A DNA stretch of 43,901 bases, taken from IMG/VR virus record IMGVR_UViG_3300045988_025911; one strand, 5' to 3'. The number at the start of each line of letters is the position of its first letter. Position 1 is the stretch's first letter. The stretch comes from a virus. Positions 22,623 through 32,115 of the stretch are shown in pieces. The notes beneath the pieces were generated by a model. The model worked only from the letters and a program-made list of their open reading frames with translations. It made no database searches and had not been told where the DNA came from. The translations under genes were made by a program, and so were the position numbers.

Positions 22623-24113
22623 ATGCAGTTTGGACGCACGAAAATCAAAACCGCCGTTGAATATGTAGACGAAAGCAATGTTTTGACAGTGCTGGAATCT
22701 GCAATGAACGACCATATCTCCAATTGCGGGGATATCGAGTACCTCTACAACTACTTCAAGGGGCAGCAGCCCGTTTTACAGAGGAAAAAGGAAATTCGTC
22801 CTGAAATCTGCAATAAAATCGTTGAGAACATCGCGAATGAGATCGTTTCATTCAAGACGGGCTATCTGCTCGGCGAGCCGATCCAGTATGTAAGCCGCTC
22901 CGACACAGATACAAGCAAAGAAGTTGGCGAGCTGAACGACATTATGGAGCTTTGCAGCAAGGCTTGCGTGGACAACGACATTGCGGAATGGCTCTACATT
23001 TGTGGTGTAGGCTACAGGCTTGTGCTTCCGAACGACGCTGCGATTCTCGGGAAAGCGGTTCCGGCCCTCTCTGTCGGCGAGAAGCCAGACCTCGGAGACG
23101 ATACGCCATTCACTGTCTACTGCCTAGACCCGCGCGGCGCATTTGTCGTGCATTACTCCGGGGTCGGGGAAAAGCCTGTCATGGGCGTCAAGTACGTCAA
23201 GAAGGACGATTTGACGGTCGTTTTCAGCGTTTGGACAGGTTCGGAGTATTTTGAGATCGAGAGCGCCGGCGTAAACGGTACAGGACGGATCGTGAAGCAT
23301 GAGAAAAACACAGTCGGGTACATCCCGGTCGTGGAATATGTCCTGAATAACGCCAGACAGGGTGCGTTTGAGATCGTACTTCCACTTCTGGACGCGATCA
23401 ACGACACGCAGAGCGATAGGCTTGACGGCGTAGACCAGTTCATTCAGTCGCTTATGGTGCTTTATAATGCCGAGATCGACGAGGACAAGGCGAAAAACCT
23501 CCGGGATGCTGGGCTTATCATCCTGAAATCCTTCGGAGAGAACAAGGCCGACATCAAAGTCCTTAACGAGCAGCTAAACCAGACGCAGACGCAGACGCTC
23601 ATTGATGATCTGTACCAGAAGGTGCTTGAAATCGTCGGTATGCCGAACAGGAACGGCGGAACAAGCACAAGCGATACCGGAGCAGCGGTCATTGTCCGCG
23701 ACGGATGGTCTACGGCAGAGGCAAGAGCGAAATCCGACGAGGCGAACTTCAAGCGTTCTGAAAGAGAGTTCCTGAAAATCGCGCTTTCCATTATCAAGCG
23801 TTCCGGCGGGCTTTCGCTCATGCTGAAAGACGTCGATATCAAGTTCACGCGGCACAATTACGATAACATTCAGAGCAAGTCTCAGGTGCTCGTTTCGATG
23901 CTCAATAATTCGCACATCCATCCTGCTCTTGCATTTGAGCATTGCGGCCTGTTCTCAGACCCGCAGTCGGCGTTCAATATGTCGGAAGCGTACCATCAGG
24001 AGCAGATGAAGAAGTGGGAGCCGGTAGAGGTGGACAGCGATGAAAACGACGATCTACAGCAAACTGGACAAGGAGATTCCGACAGTCAAGAACAATCTCA
24101 GGAGGGAGTTTAA
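22623..24113 (+). CDS. Portal protein (SPP1 gp6-like)
   Basis: 496 aa. The N-terminal region YLYNYFKGQQPVLQRKKEIRPEICNKIVENIANEIVSFKTGYLLGEPIQY is typical of SPP1-type portals. Acidic C-terminus. Confidence 0.9.
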   Translation: MQFGRTKIKTAVEYVDESNVLTVLESAMNDHISNCGDIEYLYNYFKGQQPVLQRKKEIRPEICNKIVENIANEIVSFKTGYLLGEPIQYVSRSDTDTSKEVGELNDIMELCSKACVDNDIAEWLYICGVGYRLVLPNDAAILGKAVPALSVGEKPDLGDDTPFTVYCLDPRGAFVVHYSGVGEKPVMGVKYVKKDDLTVVFSVWTGSEYFEIESAGVNGTGRIVKHEKNTVGYIPVVEYVLNNARQGAFEIVLPLLDAINDTQSDRLDGVDQFIQSLMVLYNAEIDEDKAKNLRDAGLIILKSFGENKADIKVLNEQLNQTQTQTLIDDLYQKVLEIVGMPNRNGGTSTSDTGAAVIVRDGWSTAEARAKSDEANFKRSEREFLKIALSIIKRSGGLSLMLKDVDIKFTRHNYDNIQSKSQVLVSMLNNSHIHPALAFEHCGLFSDPQSAFNMSEAYHQEQMKKWEPVEVDSDENDDLQQTGQGDSDSQEQSQEGV

Positions 24114-24690
24114 TCGGCTCTCTCTTATGGGATTCGACGAGCTGAACGTTTTGAACACGCGCAAGACCACGGCTCAGATGTACAAGCGGCTTTCACAGCG
24201 GAACGAGCGGCTATATTTAGACGGAGGCTATTTTGCTTACCTGTTCGCTTTCGGTCAGGCGTCGCAGCTCGGGTTCGCCGGGAAACGGCGAAAAATAGAT
24301 GCGAAGTGGGTCGAAAGCTACTTGCAGGAATACAATCCGGTGACCCGCTACATCTACGAAAAAGAAGTTGAGCGGCGCAGGATGCGGCTCAACGAGTGTA
24401 TTCTTACGGATAGGGAGTTCGACAGCCGCGAGAACTTTCAGACCGACATCCGTCGCTCCGCGAACTATTGGTGGACGCAGACGCTTCAATACGGTATCGG
24501 CGCGTGTGACGCTGCAATGCTGGCTGCGTTCCGCGACTGCGGCGTAAAACGTGTGCGCTGGGAGACGATGGAGGATGATCGTGTTTGCGACGATTGCGGC
24601 AAACGGGACGGCGTTGTTTACGACATAGACAAGGTTCCGCCAAAAGAACACTACGGATGCAGATGCATTCTTGTACCTGTCATGGGGTGA
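24040..24690 (+). CDS. Minor head / head morphogenesis protein (Mu F / SPP1 gp7-like)
   Basis: C-terminal RVCDDCGKRDGVVYDIDKVPPKEHYGCRCILVP is the characteristic Mu-F-like motif. Follows the portal gene. Confidence 0.8.
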   Translation: MKTTIYSKLDKEIPTVKNNLRREFNRLSLMGFDELNVLNTRKTTAQMYKRLSQRNERLYLDGGYFAYLFAFGQASQLGFAGKRRKIDAKWVESYLQEYNPVTRYIYEKEVERRRMRLNECILTDREFDSRENFQTDIRRSANYWWTQTLQYGIGACDAAMLAAFRDCGVKRVRWETMEDDRVCDDCGKRDGVVYDIDKVPPKEHYGCRCILVPVMG

Positions 24691-24694
24691 TCCT

Positions 24695-24829
24695 ATGCTG
24701 GACGAAAAAGTCATAGCAGCCGTAGAGGCGATTTTGAAAAACGGCGGGATTGCCGAGATCAAGAACGAAAAGGCCGGGATCGTCGTTGTGGACGTGTCCA
24801 GAAAGGTGAAATACCGGCCTGACAGATAA
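24695..24829 (+). CDS. Small hypothetical protein (44 aa)
   Basis: GGGGTGA 4-5 nt upstream of the ATG. MLDEKVIAAVEAILKNGGIAEIKNEKAGIVVVDVSRKVKYRPDR. Confidence 0.4.
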   Translation: MLDEKVIAAVEAILKNGGIAEIKNEKAGIVVVDVSRKVKYRPDR

Positions 24830-24878
24830 TTAAATATCGGCCCATCGGTAAGATGATGTCCGATGGAAGCGGCAAGGC

Positions 24879-24920
24879 ATGGCCGACGAGAGGGTTTTCC
24901 TTCTTGTCGGCCATTTTTTG
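24879..24920 (+). terminator. Intrinsic terminator inside the head-gene region
   Basis: 9-bp stem ATGGCCGAC/GTCGGCCAT with an 18-nt loop, followed by TTTTTTGTTT. Confidence 0.6.
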
Positions 24921-25033
24921 TTTATTCACAGATTTGTTCAGAGAAGAACTGAAAACCCAAACGCTGGGAGATCAGCGCAAAAAGCCCACTTTACACAGGC
25001 AGAGAAGCCTTAAATCCCAAAGGAGAATGAATT

Positions 25034-25597
25034 ATGAAAATCGACACCAGCAAAATCCCTAATTTCGACGCACTCCCGCAGGAGGCCAGAGAGGCAATTA
25101 CCGGCATGGAATTTGCCGACCCGGTTGATATGTCGAAGTACGTCGAAAAGGCCGTGTTCGACCGCAAGGCGTCCGAGGCGGCAGACTTGTCCAAGCAGCT
25201 AAAATCGAAAATGACCGAGGACGAGGCGGCGGCAGCGGAGCGGACGGCAAACGAAAAGAAGATCATGGAAGAGCTTGAAAAACTCAGAAAAGAGAAGGTC
25301 GTTTCCGAGTACAAGGCGAAGTTCCTAGGACTTGGCTATGCGGAGCAGCTTGCCACAGATACGGCAGCGGCCCTTGCTGACGGCAAGATGGATGTTGTTT
25401 TCGCCAACCAGCAGAAGCACAACGAGGCACTGAAAGCCGCAGCGGATGCGGGGAATCTCGCAAAGGGCCAGAAGCCGCCCGCAGGGAAGGATGCCGGTGT
25501 CACACTGGAAAGCCTGCGCAAGATGAGCGTGGCTGAACGCTTCGAGTTCTCTCAGAAGAATCCGGAGCAGTACGAAAAATTATACGGAGGTAACTAA
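25034..25597 (+). CDS. Capsid scaffolding protein
   Basis: AAAGGAGAA RBS. Ala/Glu/Lys-rich helical 187-aa protein directly upstream of the major capsid gene. Confidence 0.75.
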   Translation: MKIDTSKIPNFDALPQEAREAITGMEFADPVDMSKYVEKAVFDRKASEAADLSKQLKSKMTEDEAAAAERTANEKKIMEELEKLRKEKVVSEYKAKFLGLGYAEQLATDTAAALADGKMDVVFANQQKHNEALKAAADAGNLAKGQKPPAGKDAGVTLESLRKMSVAERFEFSQKNPEQYEKLYGGN

Positions 25598-25600
25598 TTT

Positions 25601-26533
25601 ATGAACAAGCCCTATAGCAATTTCTTCCTCTCAAACGAGATCGAAGATCAGTACAATTCCCACCTTGATCTCCAGCAGTTCTGCACGGTTGACAACAACC
25701 TGACCGGAACTGCCGGTATGACCAGAAAGGTCAATCGTTATTCCGCGACCGCCGGTACGGAAAAGCTTGCAAAGGGTGTCGGCAACACTCAGACCATCGA
25801 GGTCAGCTATGTGCAGGATGAATACAAGATCCTTCTTGCACAGAATCGCTTCAAGTATCTCGACGAGGACGCAATGGAAGACCCCATGATCGTCCCCGTC
25901 GGTATGCGCCGCGCCGGTTCCGATATGTTCAACACTGTAAACAAGGACGTTTACAGCGAGTTCGCAAAGGCAACTATGGTCGTCCTTGCCACCAAACTGA
26001 ACTTTGATGCGTTTGCAGACGCACAGGCAATGCTCAACCTTGAAAACCTTGAGGGCGCGAGCATTTTTGCATTCGTCAGCCCGTCCGATGTTGCAGAACT
26101 CCGGAAGGAACTTAAGGATACGCTCCAGTACGTGGAGTCGTTTGCAAGAAACGGCTATGTCGGTACGGTTGCAGGCGTGAACGTTTACACCAAGAAGGAC
26201 GCAACGCCCGGCTCTGTCTATGTGGCGACCAAGGAAGCCGTCACTCTCTTCAACAAGAAGGGCGTCGAGGTCGAGCAGAACATCGCGAACAATCGATCCG
26301 AGGACGCGGCGAACAAGCGCGAGAACTACATCTTCTCCCGCAAATACTACCTTGCAGCGCTGACGGACGAGACCAAGGACGTCAAGGTGTTCAAGGGCAC
26401 CGCAACCGCAGCAACGGAGGAAACCGTGAACGCCAGCAAGACTTACTACGCGAAGTCTGGCGTTGGCTATGTAAAGGTCACGCCCGCATCCGGCGACAAC
26501 CCCAAGACCAAGGGCTGGTTTACCATCGCCTGA
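25601..26533 (+). CDS. Major capsid protein
   Basis: 310 aa directly after the scaffold gene. Composition and position are typical of HK97-fold capsid proteins of Firmicutes siphophages. Confidence 0.85.
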   Translation: MNKPYSNFFLSNEIEDQYNSHLDLQQFCTVDNNLTGTAGMTRKVNRYSATAGTEKLAKGVGNTQTIEVSYVQDEYKILLAQNRFKYLDEDAMEDPMIVPVGMRRAGSDMFNTVNKDVYSEFAKATMVVLATKLNFDAFADAQAMLNLENLEGASIFAFVSPSDVAELRKELKDTLQYVESFARNGYVGTVAGVNVYTKKDATPGSVYVATKEAVTLFNKKGVEVEQNIANNRSEDAANKRENYIFSRKYYLAALTDETKDVKVFKGTATAATEETVNASKTYYAKSGVGYVKVTPASGDNPKTKGWFTIA

Positions 26534-26551
26534 TAACAGGAGGTACGCATC

Positions 26552-26851
26552 GTGACATTTGATGAAAAAATCAGGAGAGTGGAGCTTCTTCTCGGAGAGA
26601 GCGGGAACGAAGAGCTGATCGGTGCGTACCTTTCCATGGCTGAAAGCGAGATACTGTCATGGTCTGGGGCTGAATCCATTTCTCCCGATTACGATACAGT
26701 CGAGATCATGGCGGTCATTGCCGGGTACAACCTGATCGGCACGGAAAACCAGACGTCCCACAGTGAAAACGGCATTTCCAGAGTGTTCAAGTACTCCGAT
26801 ATGGTTTCTTACATACGGAACAACGTATGCGCAAAGGTGGTGGCGTATTGA
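26552..26851 (+). CDS. Head-tail connector / DNA-packaging (gp6-like) protein
   Basis: GTG start 5 nt after AGGAGG. 99 aa. First gene after the capsid gene. Confidence 0.6.
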   Translation: MTFDEKIRRVELLLGESGNEELIGAYLSMAESEILSWSGAESISPDYDTVEIMAVIAGYNLIGTENQTSHSENGISRVFKYSDMVSYIRNNVCAKVVAY

Positions 26852-27225
26852 GATCGCTCCGACGCAATGAAAAACGGTTTTGGTACGCCAACTATACCGG
26901 GAACGAGGAAATCCTTTCCGGCGGGAAGCGGACGGGGCAGTACAAGGTAAAGTACGGAGATCCCATCGAGGCCAGAGCGAATGTATCTGCCGCGCGTGGT
27001 TCCTTGGACGATGAACACTTCGGGATCAATGCCGACTACGACAGGGCGATAACGACCTGCGACAAGAATTTGGATCTGGACGAGTCTTCGGTTCTCTGGA
27101 TCGAGAAAGCGCCGGAGATCGCCGCTGACGGCTCCACGGAGACCCCGTGGGACTACGTTATCGTAAAGGTGGCGAAGTCCATCAACAGCACGACGGTTGC
27201 GATCAAGAAGGTGTCCGTGTCGTGA
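26848..27225 (+). CDS. Head-tail joining protein (hypothetical)
   Basis: TTG at 26848 overlaps the upstream stop (TTGA) and follows AAAGGTGGTGG. ATG 26827 is an alternative start. Confidence 0.55.
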   Translation: MRSLRRNEKRFWYANYTGNEEILSGGKRTGQYKVKYGDPIEARANVSAARGSLDDEHFGINADYDRAITTCDKNLDLDESSVLWIEKAPEIAADGSTETPWDYVIVKVAKSINSTTVAIKKVSVS

Positions 27226-27710
27226 AGAAGATCACGATAGAGCTGAATCCCACGTCTATCAATAAGGCCATCAAGGACATCCGGAAACTTAATGCTGAGT
27301 GGGACAGAAAAATCGATGAAGTGACACGGCGACTAGCCGAAATTGGAGCCACAAAAGCCTCCCTCGGATTTTCAAGGGCGGTCTACACGGGAGACAATGA
27401 CGTTTCTATCTCTGTAGAGCCTATAGAGAATGGCTATTCCATCATTGCATCCGGCGAGGCAGTCTTGTTCATCGAATTCGGCTCCGGCGTCACATACGGA
27501 TACGGGCATCCTGCCCCGATGAACTACGGGCCCGGAACATATCCGGGCAAAGGCCATTGGGACGACCCCAAGGGATGGTGGCTGCCGAAGGACAAGGGCG
27601 GCTTGCATACATACGGCAACCCGCCGTCCGCGACGATGTACCAGACGGGGAAAGAACTACAGCAGGAGATTTTGCGGATAGCGCGGGAGGTGTTCACAGG
27701 TGGTTCCTGA
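27222..27710 (+). CDS. Head-tail joining / neck protein (hypothetical)
   Basis: GTGA stop/start overlap. Assigned by synteny. Confidence 0.55.
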   Translation: MKKITIELNPTSINKAIKDIRKLNAEWDRKIDEVTRRLAEIGATKASLGFSRAVYTGDNDVSISVEPIENGYSIIASGEAVLFIEFGSGVTYGYGHPAPMNYGPGTYPGKGHWDDPKGWWLPKDKGGLHTYGNPPSATMYQTGKELQQEILRIAREVFTGGS

Positions 27711-28107
27711 TATTGAGACAGATGTGTTCGATGCGGTTGCGACGACGCTGGAAGCGAAATACGGGGACATTTTTGTGACTGGCGAGTATGTCCACGCTCC
27801 TGAGTTTTTCCCGGCTGCCAGCATTATCGAAGAGGACAACGCAGCGTACCTTCCGGCGCTTGATACGGAAGGTTCACACCACTCTCAGCTCATGTATGAG
27901 GTCAACGTATACAGCAACCTTAAAAGTGGGCGCAAAGCACAGGCAAAAGAGATCATGCAGACGATTGACGAAAAAATGTCAGCGCTGGGTTTTGCTAGAC
28001 TGAGCAGGCAGCCCATGACATTGCCGAACGCGGAAACATCCATATACCGGATGAACGCACGGTATCGGACAGTCGTTGACGAAAATAAACGACTTCTAAG
28101 GAGGTAG
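27700..28107 (+). CDS. Tail completion / neck protein (hypothetical)
   Basis: GTG start overlaps the upstream gene end. Lies directly upstream of the major tail gene. Confidence 0.55.
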   Translation: MVPDIETDVFDAVATTLEAKYGDIFVTGEYVHAPEFFPAASIIEEDNAAYLPALDTEGSHHSQLMYEVNVYSNLKSGRKAQAKEIMQTIDEKMSALGFARLSRQPMTLPNAETSIYRMNARYRTVVDENKRLLRR

Positions 28108-28111
28108 CCAA

Positions 28112-28588
28112 ATGGCAATTGAACTCAGCACGGCAGGCATTCTGCTTGGCTATGCTATCGAAACAGTCGCGGGAACGCAGCCGTCGGCTTTCACGCAGAT
28201 CAAGGGCGCAAAGAGCCTCCCGGACATGAATCCGGAGCCGTCCACGCTGGAAACGACGCCGCTCGAAGCGACGGAATGGAAAACCTACATCGACGGTCTG
28301 AAAGACCCCGGAGGGGCGCTGGCTGTGACCTTCAATATGTCCAACGATCTGCAAACGACTTGGGATGATATTGTTGACAAGTATAAGACCGCAGCGGAAG
28401 CCGGAAAGAAAACGTGGTGGGAATTCTACGTTCCCGGCCTGACCAAGGCGTTTTTCTTCACGGGTAACCCGTCTCCGCTTGGCTTTGCTGGCGCGGAGGT
28501 GGACAGTGTTCTTGAGAACACGGCATATATCACCCCGAACGGAAACATTGGCTGGAACACGGCAGTAAAACCGACGGCAAGTGCCTAA
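28112..28588 (+). CDS. Major tail protein
   Basis: TAAGGAGG RBS. 158 aa. Directly precedes the chaperone pair and the tape measure gene. Confidence 0.75.
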   Translation: MAIELSTAGILLGYAIETVAGTQPSAFTQIKGAKSLPDMNPEPSTLETTPLEATEWKTYIDGLKDPGGALAVTFNMSNDLQTTWDDIVDKYKTAAEAGKKTWWEFYVPGLTKAFFFTGNPSPLGFAGAEVDSVLENTAYITPNGNIGWNTAVKPTASA

Positions 28589-28606
28589 TTTCATGGAGGA
28601 ATGTGT

Positions 28607-28933
28607 ATGCAGGAGAGAATCGTAATTAACGGGAAGGGGTATCCGACAAAGGAGATCACCTTCAACACGGTCTGTCAGTTCGAGGATATGGGCGTCCCCA
28701 TGTCCGATATCGAAGCGAAGTCCATCATGTTTATCCGCGCTTACGCTGCTATGTGCATGGGCGTCAAGGCAGATCAGGCAGGAGAAGAGATCGAGAAGCA
28801 CATTTTGAACGGCGGTACGATGGAGGAGATTGCAGATGTTCTCCGGCAGGCCGTCGAAGAAAGCGGTTTTTTTCAGGCGCTGTCCAAGAGAGCGGAAACG
28901 GCGGACAGCAAGGGCCAGACGGAAACTGCGTAA
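28607..28933 (+). CDS. Tail assembly chaperone (gpG-like)
   Basis: GGAGGA RBS 7 nt upstream of ATG 28607. Acidic 108-aa protein upstream of the tape measure gene. Confidence 0.75.
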   Translation: MQERIVINGKGYPTKEITFNTVCQFEDMGVPMSDIEAKSIMFIRAYAAMCMGVKADQAGEEIEKHILNGGTMEEIADVLRQAVEESGFFQALSKRAETADSKGQTETA

Positions 28934-29331
28934 AAAAGCACTACGCATCCTTTCGTGAGGAATGCATTGAGACGTATCTTCCGCAATGTCTCATGATCGG
29001 AATCAGCGAGGCGGGATTCTGGAATATGAATCCCGCCAAGATGAAGCCTTATATTGAAGCAGACAGATTACGTCTTGAGAGCAAGAATTATGAATTGTGG
29101 CTCCAAGGCGTTTATTTTTTTGATGCTATTTCTATCGCACTGTCCAACGCCTTTGCCGGGAAAGGCAAAAAGCCTATCGAGTATCCGAGCAAACCCCGGA
29201 AGATCACACCGGACACGCCGGAAGAACGGGCGGCAAGGGTAAAGCGTGAGAGAGAAAGGGCAATCGCATTCTTCAAGAATATGGAGCGGAATTTCAAAAA
29301 GAAAAGTGGTGACATGAGTGGCGACAGTTGA
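28607..29331 (+). CDS. Tail assembly chaperone frameshift product (gpGT-like, -1 PRF at 28867-28873)
   Basis: A T7 run (T TTT TTT in the zero frame) lies 60 nt before the G stop. The -1 frame is open from there to 29331 and encodes a plausible protein. Confidence 0.6.
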
Positions 29332-31732
29332 AACACTGGAAATTGAGATTAAAAAAAGCGCTTCGGACGCCTCGAGCGGAATAGAGGGACTTGTTTCGGC
29401 GCTGACGCAGTTGAAGCAATCTGTTTCCGGTGGCGCGGGATTAAAGGCTGCTGTCAACCAGATAAAGAGTTTGGGTACGGCGATCAATAATGTCACGGGC
29501 GCGAACGACGGCCTTTCAACGACATTACAGACGCTACAGGGCATTGCGGATATTGACTTCTCAAACCTTAGAGAGGCTGCACAGAACGTGAACGCTGTAG
29601 CAGGCACGGCGAATGCGCCGAGGAATGCCCGGGCTCCGGCCAACACAACGCCGAGTGCGGCGCAGGCACCGAACGGAGACGCAGAGCCACAAGACATTCC
29701 GCAGCAGACGCAGGAACTGCAAGAGCGGACAAACGCCGTGAAGGCATCGGGAAAGGCTGCCAGCAGTGCAGGAGAATCTGCGAAAAAGGCATCCTCGGCT
29801 TTCGGCTCCTTGTCCGAGGCAATTTCAAAAACAAAAATAGGACAGCTTGTAAATTCGATAGGGCGCATAGCGATGTATCGCGCGATCCGGGCGGCCATCA
29901 AGGGCGTAACGTCTGCGGCAAAGGAGGGCATTCAGAATCTTGCGAAATACAGCGCGGCCATAAACAACACAGACGCATCCTCGGCGAATGCCACCATGTC
30001 AGAGTATGCATCAACATTGCTACAGGTGAAAAACTCGGTCGGCGCGGCCATCATGCCCGTACTTACTGCGCTCTTGCCTGTTGTCAACACGATAGCCGAT
30101 GCGTTCATCAATGCGGCAAACGCGGTCAATCAGTTCCTCCAAGCATTGAACGGGAAGAGCACATTCACCAAAGCGAAGAAAAACACGGTCGACTATGCGA
30201 AGAGCCTGAAAGGCGCGTCCGGAGCGGCAAAGGAGCTGCAAAAGACGCTACTCGGTTTTGACGAGATCAACCGCCTGAACGATGAAAATAAGGGTGGAGG
30301 CGGCGGAGCCGCTGGCGCGGACTACTCGAATATGTTCGAGGAAGCAGAAGTCGGAGGCAAGATAAAGGAAACGGCGACTTGGATAAAAGACCATTTCGAC
30401 GAGATCCTGTCAGTTGCAGAGAGCATTGGCGTTGCGATTGCTGCATGGAAGCTTTCAAGTGCGCTGCTAAAAGGAATTTCACTGCTTTCCGGCCTTGAGA
30501 TCCCTAAAAACATCAGCGTTGGTATTTCACTTATATTTGCCGGTGTTGCAGTGGCGGCAGACAATATTGCAAACATTCTATCAGGCAAATATGGAGCCAC
30601 AAGCGTTGAATCGCTGATAAAGGAAATGATTTCCGGCGCCCTGATCGGAGCTGGCGCGGTCGCGCTTGGCGCTGGGGCATGGGCGTTCCCGGTGGCTATC
30701 GCCCTTGTAATGTCCATAACGGATATCATTACGAACTGGGACGAATTGAGCAGCTCCGTTGAGCATTTCTGGGATGGCGTAGGAGACCTATTCACTGGCA
30801 ACATGGACGGGTTTTGGGAAAATATCACAAAGTCGATGGAAGACTATCTTAGCGCAGATACCTGGGGGAACAAACTGACGAACGTCATCGTTGATCGCAT
30901 TTGGGGCAAGGGGACGTTCGAGCAGGCAAAGAAGAATCTTGAAAATGGCCTTTCTCTAAGGGATGTCACAGACCAGATGCTGACAGACATAGAAACAGCG
31001 CTCGGGGGAGCCGGCGCATGGTTTGACGAGAATGTTGCGGCACCAATCAAAGTAGCATGGGAAGGAGCGGCGTCTTTGCTCGCGTTGAAAGCAACGACGG
31101 CCTATACAAATGTTACGGAGAAGTGGAGAAGCCTGAAAACATGGTTTGAGAACAATGTGTCTACGCCCATTAAAACAACATGGAATACGGCCTGCACGAC
31201 GATCACAACCAAAGTTCAGACCGCGAAGGACAAGATCACAGGGATGTTCGGGAACGTTGGAAAGTGGTTTGAGGACAACATCACGTCTCCAATCTCCACG
31301 AAGATCACCGGTGCGTGGGACAAGGTCAAAAACTTTTGGAGCAACACTATAACGCCCAGCATCCAGAACGCAGCGGCGACCGTAAGCAACTTATTCAGCG
31401 GAGGCGTCAGCGGGAATCTTTTTTCAAACATTTTCAAGAAGAATGGGAACAAGGTCAGGGCTTACGCTTCCGGCGGCTTTGTTAGCTCCGGCGATCTCTT
31501 CATGGCGAGAGAGGCAGGGCCTGAATTCGTCGGCTCTATCGGCGGACGGACGGCTGTAGCGAATAATGACCAGATCGTTGAGGCAGTGTCCGACGGCGTA
31601 TACCGCGCGATTGCTCCGCTGGTATCCGGCATGGGCAAGGGCGATACGCGGGTTTATCTCGACGGCAGAGAGATCACGGCGGGACAGAATCGGAGAAACC
31701 GTATGTACGGCGCGGCGCTGTCCGGCGTGTAA
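29318..31732 (+). CDS. Tail tape measure protein
   Basis: 804 aa, Ala/Gly/Ser-rich with hydrophobic central segments. Position after the G/GT pair. Confidence 0.9.
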   Translation: MATVETLEIEIKKSASDASSGIEGLVSALTQLKQSVSGGAGLKAAVNQIKSLGTAINNVTGANDGLSTTLQTLQGIADIDFSNLREAAQNVNAVAGTANAPRNARAPANTTPSAAQAPNGDAEPQDIPQQTQELQERTNAVKASGKAASSAGESAKKASSAFGSLSEAISKTKIGQLVNSIGRIAMYRAIRAAIKGVTSAAKEGIQNLAKYSAAINNTDASSANATMSEYASTLLQVKNSVGAAIMPVLTALLPVVNTIADAFINAANAVNQFLQALNGKSTFTKAKKNTVDYAKSLKGASGAAKELQKTLLGFDEINRLNDENKGGGGGAAGADYSNMFEEAEVGGKIKETATWIKDHFDEILSVAESIGVAIAAWKLSSALLKGISLLSGLEIPKNISVGISLIFAGVAVAADNIANILSGKYGATSVESLIKEMISGALIGAGAVALGAGAWAFPVAIALVMSITDIITNWDELSSSVEHFWDGVGDLFTGNMDGFWENITKSMEDYLSADTWGNKLTNVIVDRIWGKGTFEQAKKNLENGLSLRDVTDQMLTDIETALGGAGAWFDENVAAPIKVAWEGAASLLALKATTAYTNVTEKWRSLKTWFENNVSTPIKTTWNTACTTITTKVQTAKDKITGMFGNVGKWFEDNITSPISTKITGAWDKVKNFWSNTITPSIQNAAATVSNLFSGGVSGNLFSNIFKKNGNKVRAYASGGFVSSGDLFMAREAGPEFVGSIGGRTAVANNDQIVEAVSDGVYRAIAPLVSGMGKGDTRVYLDGREITAGQNRRNRMYGAALSGV

Positions 31733-31741
31733 GGAGGCGCT

Positions 31742-32107
31742 ATGACAGTAAAGATAAACGGAGTAGACATTACGGATTACATTGCGTTCCGTGGCTTCAA
31801 GTGGACGAGGAACGACGTAGATTCCCCAGACACTGGGCGTATGCTGGACGGCAATATGGAGCGAACGCGCGTCGCTACGAAAGTCAGGCTGGACGTTACG
31901 TGCCGCCCTCTGCTCCTTTCGGAGGCTTCCGACCTTCTGTCTGCGATCATGCCTGTTTTTGTCGAGGTACAGTACACAGATCCGCAGGAGGGCGGCACAG
32001 TTACAAAAACGATGTATTCCAACAACAACCCTGCGTCCTTCTGCATCAAGAAGCCGGACGGGCGCGAGTATTGGGACGGAATCACGTTCCCTCTCATTGA
32101 AAAGTAG
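31742..32107 (+). CDS. Distal tail protein-like component
   Basis: 121 aa. First gene after the tape measure. Assigned by synteny only. Confidence 0.6.
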   Translation: MTVKINGVDITDYIAFRGFKWTRNDVDSPDTGRMLDGNMERTRVATKVRLDVTCRPLLLSEASDLLSAIMPVFVEVQYTDPQEGGTVTKTMYSNNNPASFCIKKPDGREYWDGITFPLIEK

Positions 32108-32115
32108 GTGATACC

